Shown piece after piece: positions 48,749-53,349 of a DNA stretch of 53,349 nt. Under the pieces are notes generated by a model. It did no database searches. It saw nothing but the letters and a program-made list of their open reading frames with translations, and was not told the DNA's origin. Numbering within the stretch: the first letter of the stretch is position 1; each line of letters starts with the position of its first letter. The position numbers and the translations under genes are program-made. This DNA comes from Octopus bimaculoides (taxonomy: Eukaryota): assembly GCF_001194135.2 (NCBI RefSeq), contig NC_068989.1:44559848-44613196 (forward strand), given 5' to 3'.

Positions 48749-49354
48749 AAGTTGAATCATTCTTGATGTTACTCAGAACAAAAGAAACAAACTTCTAAGT
48801 TCAAGTCTCACTGAGAGTTGAACTTAGAATATAAAAAGCTGTAACCAATACTGCGAAGTATTTTGTGTGACAGTCAAATACTTCTGCCAATCCCTTAAGC
48901 CTCAAATTTGAGGAATGGGTATGTTTGGTTGTATTAGTTCCAGTACCCAACTGGTGTTTATTATCCCTCCTCGAATTGTGTAAAGTCAAAGTTGATTTGG
49001 GCAGGATTTGAACTCAGAATGTAAAGGTACACAACTGAATACTGCAAAGCATTATTATGTCCAAAACTCTACCAATTCTGAGAACCAACTGCTCTAATAA
49101 TAAAAATGAAGACAATGATAATAGTAATTCTTTCTTCTATAGGCTTATGGCCTGAAGTTTTGGGGTGAAGTGGCTAGTTGCTTACATTGACCTTAGAGCA
49201 TGATTTGTACCTATTTTATTGACCTCATAAGAATGAAAGGCAAAGTTGACCTCAGCAGAATTTGGACTTAAAATGCAAAGAGCATTGTGTTTGACTTGCC
49301 AATGATTCTACCAGTTTGTAGTTCACTACCTTGTTAATAATAGTAAGAAAGTAA

Positions 49355-49560
49355 AGTTCCTTCCCGAGTCATACAGACTCACAGGGTTGGTTTCCTGGTT
49401 TCCATGGCGTATATATTCCCCACCTGGATGAGATACCAGCCCATTGCAGGATTACTTATTTTTGCCAGGTCAAGAACATGACACATGGTCCAGAAATCAA
49501 AAACCACAATCTTGTGATCATGAGTCCAACACCCTAACCACTAAGCCATGTACCTCCACT
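49355..49560 (-). mobile_element. tRNA-headed SINE (sixth family/variant)
   Basis: Minus-strand head GGAGGTACATGGCTTAGTGGTTAGGGTGTTGGACTCATGATC. Confidence 0.7.
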
Positions 49561-51269
49561 CTTGTTAATAATAATAATAATAATAGGGTGATCATTATCG
49601 GAATTAATAGAGTTTTGGACTAAAATGTCTCACTGTCTTTAGTTCCAGTCATTCTAACTTTAAATCTTGGTGAAGTCAAGTTTGCCCTCATTCTAAAGTT
49701 GTTAAAATAGGTACCAATCAGGTACTGGAGTCAATGAAATTGTCTAAACCCTTCAATGTTCTTTTCCCAGTTCTCTTGTTCATATTATTTTTTTGGTTTT
49801 AGTAACGATGCTTGGTTATGTATTTCAGTTAATCTTGGCTCTTTGGAACACTTTTCTCCATACTGTTTATTTGTCAAAAGTTCTTTTGAATTTTCTTTTT
49901 TTTTTCCTTCTTGTGTGCCTCCACCCTTCTGTTGAAGACAACCTCCTGCATGAACCCTATTCCTTTGTGTGTGTGTGTGTGTGGATTAGACTTGGGGATG
50001 TATTAGATCAACAGAGTTCAGCTTGTGATGGTGTAATGATTTACTTGTGGCAACACATTCGTAATAACTACAGCTGTCATCACCAGTCTTACTTATATCT
50101 TTCTTTAAAACAAACATTTCATAAAAACTAGTTTTACATTATTTATCTCAAAAAAAAAAAAAGAAAAAAAAAAAAGAAAGAAAATTAAATTCTAGAACAT
50201 TCTTGTATTTCCTGTTGTGTTTGCTTGGCTATATAATTTAATTTTCTCTTAATTATTTTTCTAACTTCCTGTTCTGGATCTTGCGTTCTTTCTACTTCTT
50301 TTTTCTTCAATACTGAAGAACATTGATTTCAGCATTTTAGCATTTTTACTTATAAAGATTAGTAGTAGCAGTTGCGATGGTAGTGGTGCTAGTGACAGAA
50401 GAATGGATAGTTTGGTTGTTTTAGCACCACACAGTGTCAGAATAACTATTAGATGTATACACCCCCTTGTTTTAGCATCATGGAATGTTGAAATGGCTGT
50501 TAGATGATAGAATGCCATATTTTTTATATGGCCTTTATAGTCATTACTTGTGATTCAGCTTTTAAATAAGTAGGTCTGTGTGTTGAACTCGTGTTTGTTT
50601 GCAGGAAGAAAGAATTGAACCAGAATACAAACTGAAACTTTTGTTATTCTTGCTGTTTGGATCCATCTAGCAGACCTCTCTAATCAAAACTGTTCTAGAT
50701 GTGAACATGTCATTCTTTTCACTCAGACAGAATATCTAGAACACTATCAACAAATCCTTTTTTTTCAATTTTCAGTAGGGTGTGGTTCTTTGTAGGTCAA
50801 GTGACTTCAGAGAACCTCTTTTAGTTTATTGTTTCAATGTTTTGAAAACCTAGCTGTTATCTTATAAGATGCTGTTTAGTTTCTGTTGTTGGTAATTCTA
50901 TTTAGATAATTACTTTGTAGTTCTTTATTGTGAGGTTTTGTTCAATTACATGAAATTTCATTACCGAATGTCATATGTTTCTATTTCACAGTGCCTTGAG
51001 AAAGGCTATGGGAAGTCAACCTCGAAAGCAGATTAACGAGTGGAATCTCTCAGGCAGTCTGGTGCCCTGTTTGACACTCTTCCAGCAATTCCAGGGTAGG
51101 TGGAGCTCTCTCCAGCCCTGTAAAGCAATGCATCGAGGAGAAAGCCACTCCAATGTAAAACTTACAACTTGCTGGTCACTGCAGCTGTCTTAACCTGTTG
51201 AGCCACTGTGGTCAGACCTCTGAGTCTAAAGAGTGGGGGACAGATTGCATAGGTTGACTCTCACTTTAA

Positions 51270-51491
51270 CCCTTAAACATTTAAACCAGTCATACCTGGC
51301 CCAAATATTCTGTCTGTTTTATGTTGGAACTGGCTATATTTCTGTCTCTCACACCTATCATATAATGTCATTTTAAAAATAAATAATTACGTCATTGAAA
51401 TTTCATCACAAAAAAATAATGTATTGTTAATTCAATACAATGCAAATAAATAATCATTTACATTGAACAAAATAATCCGAATGTTAAAGGG
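51270..51491 (+). mobile_element. piggyBac-like MITE
   Basis: TTAA|CCCTTAAA ... TTAAAGGG|TTAA. Confidence 0.8.
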
Positions 51492-53044
51492 TTAAAACTA
51501 CTAAGTGCAGGCAGGAAAAGCTCTACAGCATCAAAGATCAGTTTGCATAGCCACTTGAAAGAGTGCAGCTCTTTCATGTGGTTTTCAGACATGATGAAAT
51601 TGCCATCATCATGTTTCTGTTTGTTACAGTCTGTTTAGTTGTTGAGTACCAAAAGTAGAGGAATTTTATCTGGTAGTGATGTGATCCTCTGAGTGTTCTC
51701 ATTAAATTTGCTGAGTTAATTGCACCAACATTATGTGACATCCATTGTTAGTCTCACACCTGACAAAGAAAGAGGTGAAGGTTCATTTCTGGAGGGATGG
51801 CTGATTACACTAATTGTGCTGGTGTCACATAAAAAGCATCCAATACAATCTGTAAAATGGTTGGTGAACAGAAGGGCATCCAGCTGTAGAATCCAAGCCA
51901 AAACAGACTAAGGAACCTGGTATGGCCCCAGCTATCTAACCCATGTCAGCATGGAAAATGGATGTTAAATGTCAATGATGATGATGATGATGATGTAATC
52001 TTTCTATTTTTGGCACCAGGCTAACAATTTTAAGGGTAAGGTGCAAGTCAATTACATTGACCATCCCCACTTCCCTGAACAATTGACTGGTACTTAATTA
52101 TTTTGACTCCATAAAACTAAAAGGCAAAGTTCTCCATGGCAGTATTTGAAATCAACTATAAAGAGCTGGAAGAAATGATGCATTTTGTTCGACATACTCT
52201 TTACTCTTTTACTTGTTTCAGTCATTTGACTGCAGTCATGCTGGAGCACCGCCTTTTAGTCAAGCAAATCGACCCCAGGACTTATTCTTTGGAAGCCTAG
52301 TACTTATTCTATCGGTATCTTTTGCCGAACCGCTAAGTTACGGGGACGTAAACACACCACCATCGGTTGTCAAGCGATGCTGGGGGGACAAACGCACACA
52401 TATATATATATACGACGGGCTTCTTTCAGTTTCCGTCTACCAAATCCACTCACAAGACTTTGGTCAGCCCGAAGCTATAGTAGAAGACACTTGCCCAAGG
52501 TGCCACGCAGTGGGAATGAACCCGGAACAGGCAAACATTTCTACCAACTTGTTAACTGACAATAAAACACGAGCAAGTATTTGACAACTTCACGTCCTTC
52601 CTCGAGAGTATATCACCTTGAACATACACATCTTGAATATTCAAGACACATTTTTAGGTCTAGTTATTGTGGCTTTGCAAGGACAAGTTTTTTAAAATTT
52701 TTACCTGTAAAATACACGTGAAAAGCTTATGAAAAATTCATGTTGTTTCTGATGTAATTTTGTTTATGGCAACTGTCGGAAATTTTGGTTAGATTGTTGG
52801 AACTCTGCATTTCTGATATTCCATCTATGAAACACAAATATGCCACATTTATATATATATATAAAACTGAATTTATTTTGAAGCCAGTTTTAGGGCAGCT
52901 ACTGAACATTTATGGAGGACTGACTAAGATTTATTGTAAAGTTTGTGTTGACTGAGACTTTACTATAAGAAAAAAGTGTGTATGTGTGTGTATAATATAT
53001 ATATATATATACATATATATGTATATGGCCTGGACACATAAGTA

Positions 53045-53275
53045 ATATGGAGCTATGGCAAAGAACGAATCAAGTTTCGCTTAGAGAGCAAATATTTAAG
53101 AAAAAGTGGAAGTGGATTGGTAGCACAATTAGAAAGGACACACCAAATGCAGCGAAAAGTGCTTTACAGTGGAATCCGGATGGATATAGAAAGAGGGGTA
53201 GGCCTAAGAACTTGTGGCGTAGATCAACAAAAAAGGAACTAGAGAAAGGGGGACATGGAATTCTATTATAAGTGG
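53045..53275 (+). mobile_element. RTE-type LINE C-terminal fragment (different family)
   Basis: LWQRTNQ...KKWKWIGSTIRK...ALQWNPDGYRKRGRPKNLWRR. Confidence 0.85.
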
Positions 53276-53311
53276 CCTATACTCCGCTTTCCAGGGTTAA
53301 AAGTAAGAAAG

Positions 53312-53349
<38 letters not shown>

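Larger units (their letters stand above)
1..53349. repeat. Dense microsatellites: (TA)n, (CA/TG)n, (AAT)n, (GAT)n
   Basis: Examples: (TA)n at 98-135, 22509-22560, 40635-40670 and 53318-53349; (CA)n at 40918-40950 and 48710-48744; (AAT)n at 2367-2402. Many are SINE/LINE tails or internal SINE linkers. Confidence 0.95.

Noticed and set aside
50992-51096. Exon-like segment (tttcaCAG ... G|GTAGGT) as GET4 exon 2
   Set aside because: The phase-compatible frame gives ALRKAMGSQPRKQINEW..., with no similarity to GET4. The sequence resembles an RTE 5' UTR.

Overview
AT-rich eukaryotic scaffold with 9 N-gaps (about 3.3 kb). The SINE and LINE content and the (TA)n/(CA)n/(AAT)n/(GAT)n microsatellites look like an Octopus (coleoid cephalopod) genome; this is an inference from repeat families. 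Most of the window is transposon-derived: several tRNA-headed SINE families, RTE, R4/Dong-like and L2/CR1-like LINE fragments, a Ty3/Gypsy remnant lacking RT, Helitron pieces including one element with both termini, a mariner-type remnant, and Merlin-like, hAT-like and piggyBac-like MITEs. Host-gene signal is sparse. (1) The first coding exon of GET4 lies at 28082-28185 (+); I could not find its exon 2 in the remaining 25 kb. (2) A housekeeping-type promoter at about 11535-11730 has three ETS units and a perfect GTCACGTGAC (CLEAR/E-box). It faces a leftward candidate signal-peptide exon, and an orphan 43-nt minus-strand exon lies at 1848-1890. (3) A second promoter-like island at about 29540-29760 sits inside GET4 intron 1. 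Almost all ORFs in the supplied track are spurious (repeats, microsatellites, N-gaps). I found no prokaryote-type system and nothing I can call a demonstrably new biological system. The best leads are the CLEAR/ETS-driven unidentified gene, the intronic promoter in GET4, and recurrent SINE-into-SINE insertion at one site. Repeat boundaries are approximate unless a TSD or terminus is quoted.
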